Part shown: positions 51,726-62,478 of the stretch, piece after piece
How the letters are laid out: each line of letters starts with the position of its first letter
Numbering within the stretch: the stretch's first letter is position 1
Source of the DNA: an uncultured Chthonomonadaceae bacterium
GTDB taxonomy: Bacteria; Armatimonadota; Chthonomonadetes; Chthonomonadales; Chthonomonadaceae
DNA length: 64,000 bases
NCBI GenBank assembly: GCA_963835065.1
Contig: CAWIEK010000046.1
Coordinates: forward strand, 1 to 64,000
Direction: 5' to 3'
Position numbers and translations under genes: made by a program
Notes under the pieces: generated by a model
Database searches by the model: none
What the model was told of the DNA's origin: nothing
The model's input: only the letters and a program-made list of their open reading frames with translations

Positions 51726-52799
51726 TCAAAGTTTTGCAATCAGTTCGGGAATCGCCGTATGCAGGTCGGCTACCAGGCCATAGTCCGCGCTCTCGAAAAT
51801 GGGCGCGTCCGGGTTGGTGTTGATGGCGACGATGGTGGTGGAATCTTTCATACCGGCGAGATGCTGAACGCTGCCGGAAATGCCCGCCGCGATATACAGC
51901 GCGGGCGCGACTACCTTGCCCGTTTGCCCCACCTGCAATTCGTTGGGCGCGAGTCCGCCGTCTACGGCAGCCCGCGTTGCCCCCACCGCGCCGCCCAATT
52001 TGTCCGCCAATCCGCCCACAAGCCGCTCAAAGGTCGCCGCGTCGCGCAGGGGCAGTCCACCCGATACGACCACAGAAGCCGCCGTCAATTCGGGCCGCTT
52101 CGTATCCCCGGCTTCCAAACCGATCCACGTCGTACCCTGTGGCAGCGAAGCCGCGTCAATGGCGAGGCTCTGTACCTCGCTCAGGCTTTCCACCTGTTCC
52201 GGCTTCCCAAACGCCGTGCCCCGCGCGCTGAAAACCGCTTTCTCCCCGTCAACCTGTACGGTTGCCACGATATGCCCCGCGTACATGGGACGCTGAAAAG
52301 CGAGTTGGGATAGGGTGTTGGGTGTTGGGTGTTGGGTGTTGGGTAAGGATGAATTCATTGCCGATTGCGGGTTGCCGATTGTGGATTGGGCTTCTGTCCT
52401 GTTCCCTGTTTCCTGTTCCCTGTTCCCTACTTGAATCACATCCGAAAGCATCGGCAGGTCAAGCAGGGCGGCGACGCGGGGCAGTACGTCGCGCCCGAAC
52501 GAGGACGAAACGCCGGTTAGAACATCCGCGCTTGTCTGCCGCATGGCTGTAACGCATACTGCCGCCACTCGGTCTGCTGTTGGATGTGCCAACTCCGGCA
52601 GGGCTGTTACCAATACCCGCGCGGCTCCGAACCCGCGCCATTGTTCCGCTTCCGCGCGAATGTCCGCGCCGCCCACAATCAGCAGATCGAAACTGCCATT
52701 TGTCCAGTCTGCCACTTGCTGCGCGAACGTGATTGCCGCCAATGTGCCGGGCAGTACGCGCGCCCCATCCGTTTCCGCCAAAACCAATATATGTGTCAT
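51726..52799 (-). CDS. etfA: Electron transfer flavoprotein alpha subunit
   Basis: VGATRAAVD, QVGQTGKVVAP and GISGSVQHLAGM motifs. Confidence 0.92.
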   Translation of the reverse strand: MTHILVLAETDGARVLPGTLAAITFAQQVADWTNGSFDLLIVGGADIRAEAEQWRGFGAARVLVTALPELAHPTADRVAAVCVTAMRQTSADVLTGVSSSFGRDVLPRVAALLDLPMLSDVIQVGNREQETGNRTEAQSTIGNPQSAMNSSLPNTQHPTPNTLSQLAFQRPMYAGHIVATVQVDGEKAVFSARGTAFGKPEQVESLSEVQSLAIDAASLPQGTTWIGLEAGDTKRPELTAASVVVSGGLPLRDAATFERLVGGLADKLGGAVGATRAAVDGGLAPNELQVGQTGKVVAPALYIAAGISGSVQHLAGMKDSTTIVAINTNPDAPIFESADYGLVADLHTAIPELIAKL

Positions 52800-52819
52800 T
52801 GCTTCCCGCTTTCTATGAG

Positions 52820-53578
52820 TTAAAGAACTTTCGCTTCGTCGCGGAGGGCGGCGATGAGTTCGTCCACGCTGCCGACTTTGCGCCCCGGCTTACGGGGTGG
52901 GGGCGTTGTCAGCGTCACTATGCGCAGGCGTGACGAGGGCAGGGAAGCGAGTTCACCGAGGGGAAGGCGCTGCAAGGGCTTGCTGCGGGCTTTGATGATG
53001 GCGGGCAGGGCGACGTAGCGCGGCTGATTCAAGCGAAGGTCTACAGTAATCACGGCGGGCAGGGTGACTTCCAGCGTTTCGCGTCCCGTGTCCACTTCGC
53101 GGCTAACGCGGGCAGTGCTGCCGGACAGCGTGACGGCAGACGCAAAGGTTGCTTGCGGAATGTTGAGCAGAGCGGCAAGCCGCTGCCCGGTCTGGTTGAA
53201 ATCGTCGTCAATGGCCTGCTTGCCCATCAAAATTAAATCGGGGTTTTCGCGGCGGCACACGGCGGCAAGCAGATGGCTGATGACATTGGGATCAGACGGC
53301 GCCGCTTCCACATCGTCTGCAACAATCAGCAGAGCGCGGTCCGCTCCCATTGCCAGCGCGGCGCGCAACTGCTCCTCGCAAACCGCCGTACCGATGCTGA
53401 CGGCAACAATCTCAACAGAATTGCCCGCTTCGCGCAGGCGAACCGCTTCTTCCAAAGCGATCTCATCGAACGGGTTGATGACCCACGACAGGCTGCTTGT
53501 ATCAAGTTGGCCGTCGGGGGTGAGTTTCACGCGCCCATACGGGTCGGGGACGCGCTTAACCGGTACAAGAATCTTCAT
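52820..53578 (-). CDS. etfB: Electron transfer flavoprotein beta subunit
   Basis: MKILVPVKRVPD, NPFDEIALEEA, GKQAIDDD and NQPRY motifs. Confidence 0.93.
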   Translation of the reverse strand: MKILVPVKRVPDPYGRVKLTPDGQLDTSSLSWVINPFDEIALEEAVRLREAGNSVEIVAVSIGTAVCEEQLRAALAMGADRALLIVADDVEAAPSDPNVISHLLAAVCRRENPDLILMGKQAIDDDFNQTGQRLAALLNIPQATFASAVTLSGSTARVSREVDTGRETLEVTLPAVITVDLRLNQPRYVALPAIIKARSKPLQRLPLGELASLPSSRLRIVTLTTPPPRKPGRKVGSVDELIAALRDEAKVL

Positions 53579-53791
53579 TGATTATCCTTGAGTATCCTGA
53601 ATGACTCCCCTCCTCCCAAATTTGGGAGAAGGGGTTGGGGGATGAGGGCTACTGTAAACATAAGTATTGCCAGATTGTGCCTTCCCACTATTCGACAAAG
53701 CAGGCCGTTTTCCCTACATCCTCTACATTTAACTACGCAAATGGCGGGGCATTTGAACCCTTCGCCTCGAATACGCTACAATAACAATAAC

Positions 53792-55272
53792 ATGACAAAC
53801 GATTTTGCCCCATCTGAAACGAACCAGAGCCAATCCCCTGCCTCGGAAGAAGCGCCTGCTTCCTTATCCGGCTTGCTGCGGCGGTTGCCATCCGTCAATC
53901 ATCTGCTGTCCTCGCCTGCGGTTCTCGCGCTTGACGGCGAGGTTCCTGCCGGATTGCTGACGGACGCGGCGCGTTCTATATTGGAGCAAACGCGGCAGGA
54001 ATTGCGGGATGCGAACGGTACAGGCAAAGCAGAACCGCCTTCCAGCGAACGGATTGCGGCCCGTGTCGCTGCGGAAGCCTTGCGCCGTCACGCGCCCACG
54101 CTGCAAAGCGCCATTAACGCAACCGGCATTGTGCTGCATACGGGATTGGGCAGGGCGCGGCTGGCAATCGAAGCGCAGCAAGCCATTGCCGATGTCGCTT
54201 CCAATCACAGCATGGTGGAAATTGACCGGGAAACGGGACGGCGCGGGTCACGCCGGGATCATGTGCGCGGTTTATTGTGCGAGTTGACTGGCGCGGAAGA
54301 TGCTACGGTCGTTAATAATTGCGCCGGGGCGGTATTTCTGGCGGTTACGGCGCTTGCGCAGGCAAAGAAGTGGTTATTTCGCGGGGTGAATTGGTGGAAA
54401 TCGGCGGCGCGTTTCGGATGCCCGACATTGTGCGGGCAAGCGGCGCGACGCTCCGGGAAGTGGGCACAACCAACCGCACCCGCCTGTCGGATTACGAGGC
54501 TGCGATTACGGACGCGACCGGCTTGATTTTGCGCTGCCAGCCTTCCAATTTCGCCCTTGTCGGCTTTACGGAAGAAACGCCAACTTCAGAACTGGCCGCG
54601 TTAGGGCGTCGGCGCAACATTCCCGTTCTGGACGATCAGGGCAGTGGCGGACTGCTGCACACGGACGGCTTGGAACTGCCTGCCCTGTCCGGCAGCAAGG
54701 GAACCCTGCGCGACAGCGTACAGGCGGGCAGTGATGTGATCATGGCAAGCGGGGATAAACTGCTTGGCGGGCCGCAGGCAGGATTGATTCTGGGGCGCAA
54801 AGAATACATAGAGCGGATTGTGAAACATCCCTTAGCCCGCGCCCTGCGCGTGGACAAATTCACGCTGGCGGCATTGGAAGCGACCCTGCGCCTGTACCGC
54901 GACCCGGCAAAAGCGCGGCAAGCCATTCCTACCCTGCGCTACCTGAGCCGAACCGAGCCGGAACTGCGGCGCATGGCGCAGCAACTGCACCGACGCCTGC
55001 GCGCGGTTCTTCCTCCCGACCGTTTCGCGCTCGATCTGGTTTCGGACGTATCGCAGGTGGGTGGCGGTTCGCTGCCCGGAGAAAACCTGCCCACTGTCTG
55101 CGTCCGCCTGCGCGCCCTGAACGACACGCCCAATGCCGACGAAATTGCCCGCCGCCTGCGTCTGCACACGCCCGCCGTCTTCGCGCGCATCAAATCCAAC
55201 GCCATTTGGTTCGATCCGCGCACTCTCGACCCGCCCGAACTCGTCATTATCGCCGAAGCCATGCGTTGGTAG
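53792..55272 (+). CDS. selA: L-seryl-tRNA(Sec) selenium transferase, with a frameshift near 54360
   Basis: INATGIVLHTGLGRA, VVNNCA/EVVISRGELVEIGGAFRMP, EVGTTNRT and SGDKLLGGPQAG. Confidence 0.92.
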
Positions 55273-55382
55273 GCATTAGGCATCAGGTATTAGATATAAG
55301 GCAGAAGAGAAGAAGACAGAAGACAGAAGCCGCATCCACAATCGTCAATCGTCAATCGGCAATCGAAAATCCTAACACCGCC

Positions 55383-56414
55383 ATGAACCAACAGCAACTG
55401 CAAACTGAAGAAAGTTCGACGCAAACCCGCGCAGACTCGTTTTCTATCCTGCCGCTTTTGGAGCCAACAGTTCCAGATATGGCGGCTGAGAACGCGCCCA
55501 TTGAGTATACGGAACAGGCAGTGGAGATGGAAACGCCGCCGGAGTTGGAGCAGACCGCCCTTGGAACCACGCCTGCCGATTCCTATCTGCTGCCTCTCCT
55601 GCAAGCGGAAGCGCGGCAACGCCAGCGTGATACCCGTAACATTCTCCTAACGCAATTGGGATTTACGGGCGCGCTGCTGTGGGTCGCGCGAACCGCGATG
55701 GTGTACGACGACGAAAAAATGCTGTATAAGGTGTTGGTCATTGCCCTGATGTGCCTGTTGATGGCTGCCATGTTCGCGCAGTTGTGCTACCGCTCGTACC
55801 GCCGTAAGCGCGCGCTTGCCGCAGAACTGGCAAAGCCGCAGGCGCTGGAAAGTATCGGCGCGCTGATCGAAGCAACCCGCGTGGAAAATAAGCAGGCGCG
55901 TATTCTGTCTCGCCGCGCTTTAACCGATTTACTGCCGCAATTGAAGGCCAGCGATACCGGCTTGCTCACCGATGCGCAGCGCAATCGCCTGCTGCACCTG
56001 CTGACCATTTCGCCCAACGACAAGGGCTACCGCGACCTGACGGAACTGTTTTCCCGGTCTGCTTACCGGCGCGAAGTGGAGGTGCGGGTAGCGATTTTAA
56101 AAGCGTATGAGCAGATCGGCGGGCCGAAAGAATTGGCGCAGGTGGCGCGGCTGGCAAAGGGGCAAATGACCTGGCAAAGCGCGGCCAAAGTGCCCATAGA
56201 AATACGGCAGGCCGCGCAGGAGTGTTTGCCCGCCCTGCAAGCCCGTGCCGGGGAACAGCGCGCCAGCGAACAATTGCTGCGCCCCTCCAGCGGCAGCGCG
56301 GTTCCCGCCGACGTTCTGCTCCGCGCCTCCGAGCATCGTCCCGACGTTGCCCCTGAAGAACTGCTCCGCGCCGGCGAACGCCGCATCCAGATAAACACCA
56401 GCGCCGGGAAGTGA
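55383..56414 (+). CDS. Two-TM protein with a HEAT-like helical domain and an LLRA-repeat tail
   Basis: Two TM helices; the C-terminal domain is paralogous to the next ORF. Confidence 0.6.
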   Translation: MNQQQLQTEESSTQTRADSFSILPLLEPTVPDMAAENAPIEYTEQAVEMETPPELEQTALGTTPADSYLLPLLQAEARQRQRDTRNILLTQLGFTGALLWVARTAMVYDDEKMLYKVLVIALMCLLMAAMFAQLCYRSYRRKRALAAELAKPQALESIGALIEATRVENKQARILSRRALTDLLPQLKASDTGLLTDAQRNRLLHLLTISPNDKGYRDLTELFSRSAYRREVEVRVAILKAYEQIGGPKELAQVARLAKGQMTWQSAAKVPIEIRQAAQECLPALQARAGEQRASEQLLRPSSGSAVPADVLLRASEHRPDVAPEELLRAGERRIQINTSAGK

Positions 56415-56998
56415 ACGTTGTAACTCCTTGTATGCAGGCAGGATTTTCCTTTACAGGCTCCCTTGTCTTGAACCATGATTTATGTGATATTGAGGAAAAA
56501 TCTGTACGCGCCGATGTGGAAGAAGCGTTGATTCGCCTGCTGCCACGCCTGCAAGCTAGTGACGCCGGTTTGCTCAATGTGGAGCAGCGCGCATGTTTGA
56601 ACAAGGCTTTGAACTGTGGTAACGAAACGCTGATTGTCGCCATTCTCCGGGCGTATGAACAGGTAGGCGATGCCGCCGCGCTGCCTTATGTCGAGAGTCG
56701 GGCGCGCGAAGTACCGCCTGTTGCTCCTGCTCCGCAGACTGTCGGAACATCGGAGCGGATTATACAGGGATTATTGGGCACTAAGATAAAAGCGTCGCCT
56801 TCCGCGCAAATCACGCAGGCGGCGCAGGCGTGTCTTCCCTATCTGCACGAACGGGTCGAATCGCAGCGCGCCAGCCAAACCCTCCTGCGCGGTGCAAGCG
56901 CAAACGAGGTTGCCCCGGACACCTTGCTCCGCGCCACGCAAGCCCATACCGACAATGCGCCCGAACAACTGCTCCGCGCCGTAAAGGATGAGGGATAG
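56411..56998 (+). CDS. Paralogous HEAT-like/LLRA-repeat domain protein, possibly 5'-truncated
   Basis: LLPRLQASDAGLL, VAILRAYEQVG and QAAQACLP, all shared with the preceding ORF. Confidence 0.55.
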   Translation: MNVVTPCMQAGFSFTGSLVLNHDLCDIEEKSVRADVEEALIRLLPRLQASDAGLLNVEQRACLNKALNCGNETLIVAILRAYEQVGDAAALPYVESRAREVPPVAPAPQTVGTSERIIQGLLGTKIKASPSAQITQAAQACLPYLHERVESQRASQTLLRGASANEVAPDTLLRATQAHTDNAPEQLLRAVKDEG

Positions 56999-57105
56999 GG
57001 GAAGAAAAGAAGATATAAGCCTAATACCCGAACACCTGAATACCTGAATACCAACTTCTTCTGCATAGGATTGAGGGCCACTTTACCCGAAAGGAGGTGA
57101 CAACC

Positions 57106-58206
57106 GTGACGAACGTGACAACGAACAGCAACGCGACTGAACTTGTGGATCAGCGCCCGCGCCTGACGCATCTGGCGCGCGGCGCCGGTTGAGCCGGCAA
57201 GATTGGGCCGTCCCAACTCGCGCAGGTCCTGCGCGATCTTAAAATTTCCACCAACCCCGATTTGCTTGTCGGCCTGATTACCGGCGACGATGCGGGCGTG
57301 TACCGTCTGACCGACGAACTCGCGCTTGTGCAGACGCTGGACTTTTTCACGCCTATTGTGGATGACCCGTACCTGTTCGGGCAGATCGCGGCGGCAAACT
57401 CGCTGTCAGACGTGTACGCGATGGGCGGCAAGCCCGTGACGGTGATGAACATTTTGTGCTTTCCGATACGCGAGCGCGACCCGCAGGAATTGGCGCGGAT
57501 TTTGCAGGGCGGGGCGGACAAGGTTGCCGAATCGGGAGCCGCGCTGGTGGGCGGGCATAGCGTGGAAGACCCGGAACCCAAGTTCGGCCTGTCCGTGACG
57601 GGCTTGATTGACCCGCGCCACATCACTACCAACGCGGGCGCACAACCCGGCGACGTAATCGTGCTGACCAAACCGCTCGGCACGGGCATTGTCACCACTG
57701 CGGCCAAGTTCGACGAGGCCGGCCCGGAAACCCTGAGCGCGGCGATTGGCAGCATGGCGACCTTAAACGCGGGCGCGGCAAACGCCATGCGGCAAATCGG
57801 CATCGGGCCGGAACACGCCATCCATGCCGCAACCGACATTACAGGTTTCGGCCTGCTTGGACACCTGTACCAACTGGCGAAAGCAAGCGGCGTCGGCCTG
57901 GAACTCGACAGCAATTCCCTGCCCATGCTGCCCGACATCGAAGCCCTGATTGCGGCCAAAAACGTCACGCGGGGCGACCATGAAAACCGCGCATATTTGG
58001 GCGAACATCTCGTCATTACGGATAACGTTCTGCCCTGGCGTCTCAGCCTGATGCTTGACCCGCAAACGTCGGGCGGCCTGGCAATCTGCGTCCGCGAAGA
58101 CGCTCTGCCTGCGCTGCTGGACGCCCTTGCCGAACAGCAAACGCTTGCGCAAGCCGTTATCGGGCGCGTTGTCGCGTCACCAAAACCAACCGTCCGCGTG
58201 ATTTAA
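57106..58206 (+). CDS. selD: Selenophosphate synthetase, selenoprotein (Sec at codon 29, TGA 57190-57192)
   Basis: AAGGAGGTG RBS plus GTG start; RLTHLARGAG-TGA-AGK in frame with DDAGVY, QTLDFFTP, NSLSDVYAMGG, TDITGFGLLGH and DPQTSGGL. Confidence 0.92.
57218..57236 (+). promoter_or_regulatory. Putative bacterial SECIS hairpin
   Basis: TCGCGCAG-GTC-CTGCGCGA stem-loop with a G-led apical loop about 34 nt after the TGA. Confidence 0.6.
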
Positions 58207-58240
58207 TGGTTTGCAGCAGGGACGCAACAAAAAGTCTTGT

Positions 58241-58327
58241 TGTAGGGGCGCTTGCTTGCTGCGCCCGTTCCACTTGCTGCGCCCATTCCGCTTGCGCCGC
58301 CCTGTCGTATGCTGCGCCCGTTCCGCC
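58241..58327. repeat. GTAG-type REP with degenerate tandem TGCTGCGCCC units
   Basis: GTAGGGGCGCTTGCTTGCTGCGCCC followed by ~18 nt degenerate repeats. Confidence 0.55.
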
Positions 58328-58387
58328 TAACGTCCGCCTGCGCGGATATAAACGTTTTTGTACACGCAATTCGTTCAGAAAGGCACG

Positions 58388-59550
58388 ATGAACCTACGCC
58401 GACTACAATGGAAGCGCACAGGGAAAGGCCGACGCGGTTTGCTTGTGGCGGCGCTGCTGCTTCGCAGGCTGCACCGTCTTTGTTCTGGCGCGTCGCGCAA
58501 TGATGAACACACTGCTGCGCCACGCCACGCGCTATGCCGATGTGGGCTTAGGCAGCAAAGTGTTTCTGCTGTCGGACCATGAAGCGCTTGTTTTATCAAC
58601 AAACTGCCAGGCATTCCGACTGGACATCGAACGCGGCAGCAAGGAACCCATTGCCCCACTCAGTTCCCTATTCCGCAAAGTGCCTGTAGGAAATCTGACG
58701 CTGTTAAGCCCGGATACAAAATGGCTTTGGGGTGGGATGGCTTGCCCCATCCCTTAATAACATCTTCCAACCCACTTCAGGAAATAATAACACTGGATGG
58801 TTCCAGAACAATGGCAGTGGGGCATAGACTGGTGGCCTCTTCAGAGTTCAAAGCCATTTTGGATCTCCTGACAGTAGTTCCCTAATGTATGTTGAGCGAG
58901 AGGAAGACCATTTTACACTCACTTGCAAGCCCCGGAATTCGGCGAAAGAGCAGCGTACAACCATAAAAATTCCGCCCGGTTCGCCACTCGCATTGCGGCA
59001 GCAGGACAAGCGTTTTGGCAGCTCTGCTTCGGATGTGGAACCGATTGCCTGGACGAACGCGCATCAACTGCTGATAGCTTCCTGGACATGGCCTTCCTCC
59101 ATAGCCCTTACCTTTTATGAATTGGACACGGACAAGCCGGCAAAGCCTGTGCGCTGGTGGAATGTGAAGACGCCACAAAACAGATATGCCGGAAAAATTA
59201 TACTTTCTCCGAAAGGAGATCGTCTGGCATGGCAGGCTGCAAGTGATTGGGAAAATGCAGGCAACAATCCTGCTTCAGCCGACTTGCAGACCGGTGGCCG
59301 ATGCTGCGGCGTTACTCAATGTTCAATCCACAACCACACTGGAAGCTCTCGCTGTATACAAGCCGCCTGGATGGCAGCGATAGGCGCGATTTGGGCAGCA
59401 TTGAGCAGCATGGCGATCCTATGAGTTGTCAGCATGCACCACATCGCCGAAGGAGCGTTGGAAAATCTTGCAATGGACGCCCGATGGAAAGCAACTGCTG
59501 TTTGTCTACTGCGGCACGATTTACACCGTTCCCGCGCAGTAACCTTTTCG
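58388..59550 (+). pseudogene. Fragmented exported beta-propeller/TolB-like protein (pseudogene or indel errors)
   Basis: Fragments LSPDTKWL, LSPKGDRLAW, SRLDGSDRR and a final W-x-PDGKQL segment lie in different frames. Confidence 0.4.
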
Positions 59551-59668
59551 TTTCCGGCAGGAATGAACGGGAACGGCGCGGAACTTTGACAGTATCTCTC
59601 ATAAGAGTTTTCGAGCATCTTGATAAGTTTGCGCAATGTTTTTTCGCATTGGATTCAGGGGGTAAGAT

Positions 59669-60998
59669 ATGCAGCCACGATTGAGGACGCCATTTTCCAT
59701 CGCGTGGGCAGGGGGGATGCAGGGGCGGCTGTTGCTGTGCCTGTTATTTGACGTTTGCGCCTGGCCTGCCGCTTTTACTTGCCGCGCCACCCGCGCAGGC
59801 GCAGGGGCGGTTCATCACCGAGTACACGCTGGACAGTTCCATCGTGGAAGCGCCGTTCGAGTACAAGAACCATCAGATTTTCGTGCATGGCACACTGGAC
59901 GGCCACAAGGATTTGACGTTTCTGTTCGATACGGGAGCCAGCGCGCCCGTGATTGACCGCGCCCTCAACATTTCCGGCTACGGGTTGGGCAGCACGACCA
60001 TTCAGGAAGCGGAAGGAGTTACGTCCGCCGATCAACTGTGGGTCAGAGACCTGTCCCTGGGCAGTGAAAAAGCGCAGGCGCGGGTGCATAACATCGCCGT
60101 GCTTGTCACCGATTTGTCGCAGGTATCCCGCGTGTTGGGGCAGAAAGTGGACGGCATCATCGGCATCCCGTTTTGCGCCGGATTCGTCACCGAAATAGAC
60201 TATGAGAAACACCTGCTGCGCTTTTACAATCCCCGCACCTACAGCATCGCCTCCCGCGTGGGGGATGACCAGCGGACGTTTGTTTTTGACGTGACGCCCA
60301 TGAACCTGAAGCGGGCGGCGTCCAGCGTCCTGATTTCCGGGCAACTGCATCCCAAGTACGATTACGATTTTTTGGTGGACACGGGCTTTGGAGGCTATCT
60401 CAGCGTGGCGCACTCCGCCGCGCAGGAGTCGGGACTGTTCAAAACGGATACGCCCCATGTGTCCGCCACTTCCTACGGAGTCACGCGCAGTTTCCGCAGC
60501 GACAAAATCCGCGCCGGGTTTTTAATGCTCGGTCCCATCAATCTGTCGGGGCGCGTGGTTGCCGTAGATTACCGCAACAACGATGTGATCGGGCAAACGG
60601 GCATCGTGGGAAACCGCCTGCTGCAAAACTACCGCGTCACGCTGGATTATCCCCGCCACAAACTGCTGCTGGAGCGCGTCACGACCAAAGAAGAGGCCGA
60701 TGACGCGGAAATCCCCAGTTTCGGCCTTGTCATCCGCACGGACGGCAAAACGGTTCTGGTAGACGCCACTAAAAAGAACTCGCCCGCGCAGCGCGCCGGG
60801 CTTCACGCGGGGGACGAAATCGTTTCCATCAACGACCATGCCGTGCGCGACATGAGCAGCGTGGAAGTGACCGGCCTCCTCAGCGCGGGAACGGGCACTG
60901 CCACCCTGTCCGTCACTCCCGCCGCCGACCCCAACTTAGGCACGCGCGCCAAACCCTACACTGTCACGCTTGCCCCCCGCTCGCCGCTGGATTGGTGA
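59669..60998 (+). CDS. Double retropepsin-like aspartyl protease with a PDZ domain; signal peptide frameshifted near 59750
   Basis: FLFDTGAS and FLVDTGFG, DGIIG/GIVGN, and PDZ SPAQRAGLHAGDEIVSIN. Confidence 0.8.
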
Positions 60999-61003
60999 GG
61001 AAA

Positions 61004-61118
61004 AGGTTTCAGGTTTCAGGTTTCAGGGCAGAATACCTGCTGCTCCACCATACTTTGCGCAGAATACAAATAAAGCGAGAAGCATCTCCTGACACCTGAA
61101 ACCTGAAACCTGAAACCT
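61004..61118. repeat. Inverted heptamer-repeat hairpin (TCAGGTT family)
   Basis: (GTTTCAG)n...(CCTGAAA)n. Confidence 0.85.
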
Positions 61119-61132
61119 TTTTCTTCCCGCCG

Positions 61133-61160
61133 GGAACTTGCAGCGCGGAAACGTCCGTAA
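61133..61160 (+). promoter_or_regulatory. Putative autoregulatory ECF promoter
   Basis: GGAACT-N17-CGTAA, 25 nt before the sigma start codon. Confidence 0.6.
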
Positions 61161-61185
61161 CCTCTGGATAGGAGGTAGGGAGGGT

Positions 61186-61755
61186 ATGGACCTGGCTAGG
61201 CTGTTTACGGGCGTCCTGCGCAACGACCGCAAGGAATTCGATGGGCTGGTGAATCGGTGTCACCGGCAGGCGTATAACGTCGCCTACCGCATGACCGGCA
61301 ATCACGCCGAAGCCGAAGACCTGACTCAAGAGACTTTTTTGCGCGCGTACCGCTTTTTCGACCGCTACAACCGCGATATGCCGTTTGAAAACTGGCTCTA
61401 CCGGATTATGTCCCGCGTGTTCATTGACGAACTGCGCAAAAAGCCAAAGTTTAAGACCCAGTCTCTCGACCAACCCCTCAATTCCAGTGACAGCGGCAAC
61501 TCCGAAGTGCTGCTGGAAATCCCGGACTTTGAATCCAATCCCGAACACATGCTTCTCACCGACGCGCTGGAAGAACACCTTCAGAACGCGCTCAACACCC
61601 TGCCGCAAGAGTTCCGCATGGCGGTCGTGCTGGCCGATGTGGAGGGATTGTCGTATGAAGAGATTGCGGAAACCATGAATTGTTCGCTTGGAACGGTGCG
61701 TTCGCGGCTGCATCGTGGCCGCAAATTATTGAGGAAACTGGTGGCGGGTAGTTAG
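61186..61755 (+). CDS. ECF RNA polymerase sigma factor (SigE-like)
   Basis: AEDLTQETFLRAYR, FENWLYRI and GLSYEEIAETMNCSLGTVRSRLHRGR. Confidence 0.92.
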   Translation: MDLARLFTGVLRNDRKEFDGLVNRCHRQAYNVAYRMTGNHAEAEDLTQETFLRAYRFFDRYNRDMPFENWLYRIMSRVFIDELRKKPKFKTQSLDQPLNSSDSGNSEVLLEIPDFESNPEHMLLTDALEEHLQNALNTLPQEFRMAVVLADVEGLSYEEIAETMNCSLGTVRSRLHRGRKLLRKLVAGS

Positions 61756-61768
61756 TGGCTAGTTTTTA

Positions 61769-62398
61769 ATGTCGAGGAGTGTAAGCGTGAACTGTCGTAA
61801 AGTATCGCATCTATTGTCGGCGTATATTGACGGCGAATTGCCGGGCGTGGAGCATCGCCAGATACATGAGCATCTGGCCGGATGCGCGGAGTGCGCGCAG
61901 GAGCATCGGGGGCTGGTGCAGATGAAGCGGATGCTGGCAAGCCTGCGCCTGCGCGAACCGTCCGCCGACCTGCCGCAGCGCATTTTGTCGCAGGTGTCGG
62001 CGCAGCCCACATTGCGCGCGCCCTGGCTCGATCAAATCAACCGATGGGTGCAGGTGCAGGGCTTGAAGCCGCAGTCGCTCGCCCTGGCCGCCACTTTCGC
62101 GCTCGGCGGAATCGTGTTCGCCTCCTATACCATTGACCGCATAGATACCAGCGACAAAACGGCTTCCCTTCAAAACTTGCCCCCGGCGCAAATGGCGTGG
62201 CAACAAACCTCGCCCCTGATGCAGCCGACGACCATCATAGATTCCGAAGTCTTGCCCGGAGGCTCCATGCCTAATGGCGGATATTCTAACCTGCCGAGCA
62301 TGAATCAGAGATACGACTCTATTCTTGTGCCCCCGCGCCGTTCACCGACGCAGAACTCTCTTTTTTACGCGCCGCCCATTTACCGCCGCCAGCCGTAA
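61769..62398 (+). CDS. Zinc-finger (ZAS, zf-HC2) anti-sigma factor
   Basis: LLSAYIDGEL...HLAGCAEC, followed by a TM helix. Confidence 0.85.
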   Translation: MSRSVSVNCRKVSHLLSAYIDGELPGVEHRQIHEHLAGCAECAQEHRGLVQMKRMLASLRLREPSADLPQRILSQVSAQPTLRAPWLDQINRWVQVQGLKPQSLALAATFALGGIVFASYTIDRIDTSDKTASLQNLPPAQMAWQQTSPLMQPTTIIDSEVLPGGSMPNGGYSNLPSMNQRYDSILVPPRRSPTQNSLFYAPPIYRRQP

Positions 62399-62478
62399 GT
62401 CCGTTCGTGAGTGATGGGTATCGGGTGTTAGATTTACCTCCGTCAGCCGTCAATCCGTTCGTTGGCGCGTTTCCTGTA

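Noticed and set aside
53600..58400. tRNA-Sec (selC) or selB near selA/selD
   Set aside because: I found no cloverleaf with a TCA anticodon and no GTPase ORF by eye.
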